Made by a program: the position numbers and the translations under genes. From Callorhinchus milii (taxonomy: Eukaryota): a DNA stretch of 64,000 bases. The notes below the pieces were generated by a model. The model searched no databases. It saw only the letters and a list, made by a program, of their open reading frames with translations, and was not told where the DNA came from. This document shows, piece by piece, positions 63,616-64,000 of this stretch (position 1 is the stretch's first letter; each line of letters opens with the position of its first letter). The DNA is taken from assembly GCF_018977255.1 (NCBI RefSeq), contig NW_024704743.1, positions 66,218,001 to 66,282,000 of the forward strand, read 5' to 3'.

Positions 63616-64000
63616 TAGTGTTCACATATGATACACAGTCTCAAAGAGACTAATCTATATAGTCTTCATGCAGAAGAATTAGCTGTTTTTCTTGATCATT
63701 TTTAGGGAGTATACTGCAATTTACCACATCACTAAATATAACTTTCAGCGTTAATGCTACCAAATGTAATTTGTTGTTGTTGCTGTTTAGGAAAAAGAAA
63801 AGTTGCCAGTTTTATAAAGCTATTTAACCATGTTTACAGGACTACAACATCCATAAACTAAATAAGGCTTGGAAAGTATAGGATTCTGTGAGTAACCTAA
63901 TGGGGAGTCATTACTATGGATTTAACATGGTCCAAATAGTGTTTTTATGGGTTGCTGAATTTTTTTTATCCCCCAAAATAACCCACCGTAATTTTGAATG

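Noticed and set aside
1..64000. TE strand bias as evidence for host-gene orientation
   Set aside because: Long L2s are mostly minus, but CR1s and short L2 tails are mostly plus, so there is no consistent signal.
1..64000. CRISPR array, operon or other prokaryotic system
   Set aside because: Eukaryotic repeat-rich DNA with no regularly spaced repeat-spacer array; the recurring motifs are dispersed SINE/LINE tails.

Overview
Vertebrate non-coding DNA, most likely from a cartilaginous fish. This is inferred from the repeat repertoire: Deu-domain SacSINE1-like SINEs, abundant L2 and CR1 LINEs, and a shark-type Tx1 ORF2 end. I could not identify any host protein-coding exon, so the window looks like a large intron or intergenic tract. 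Every ORF I could recognise is a retroelement remnant (L2, CR1, Tx1, two RTE fossils). There are two tRNA-headed SINE families that share a 3' module and an L2-derived stem-loop tail, an older AmnSINE2-like SINE, several palindromic MITE-like elements, and a four-copy unclassified repeat. The most notable object is a 258-bp fold-back element with a perfect 16-bp target-site duplication (TSD) carrying three minimal hammerhead-ribozyme-like motifs of the Penelope-associated type (13065-13322). A second, truncated, TSD-flanked copy lies at 11931-12028. Family names come from memory of consensus sequences, not database searches, and boundaries of degraded copies are approximate. I found no clearly new biological system.
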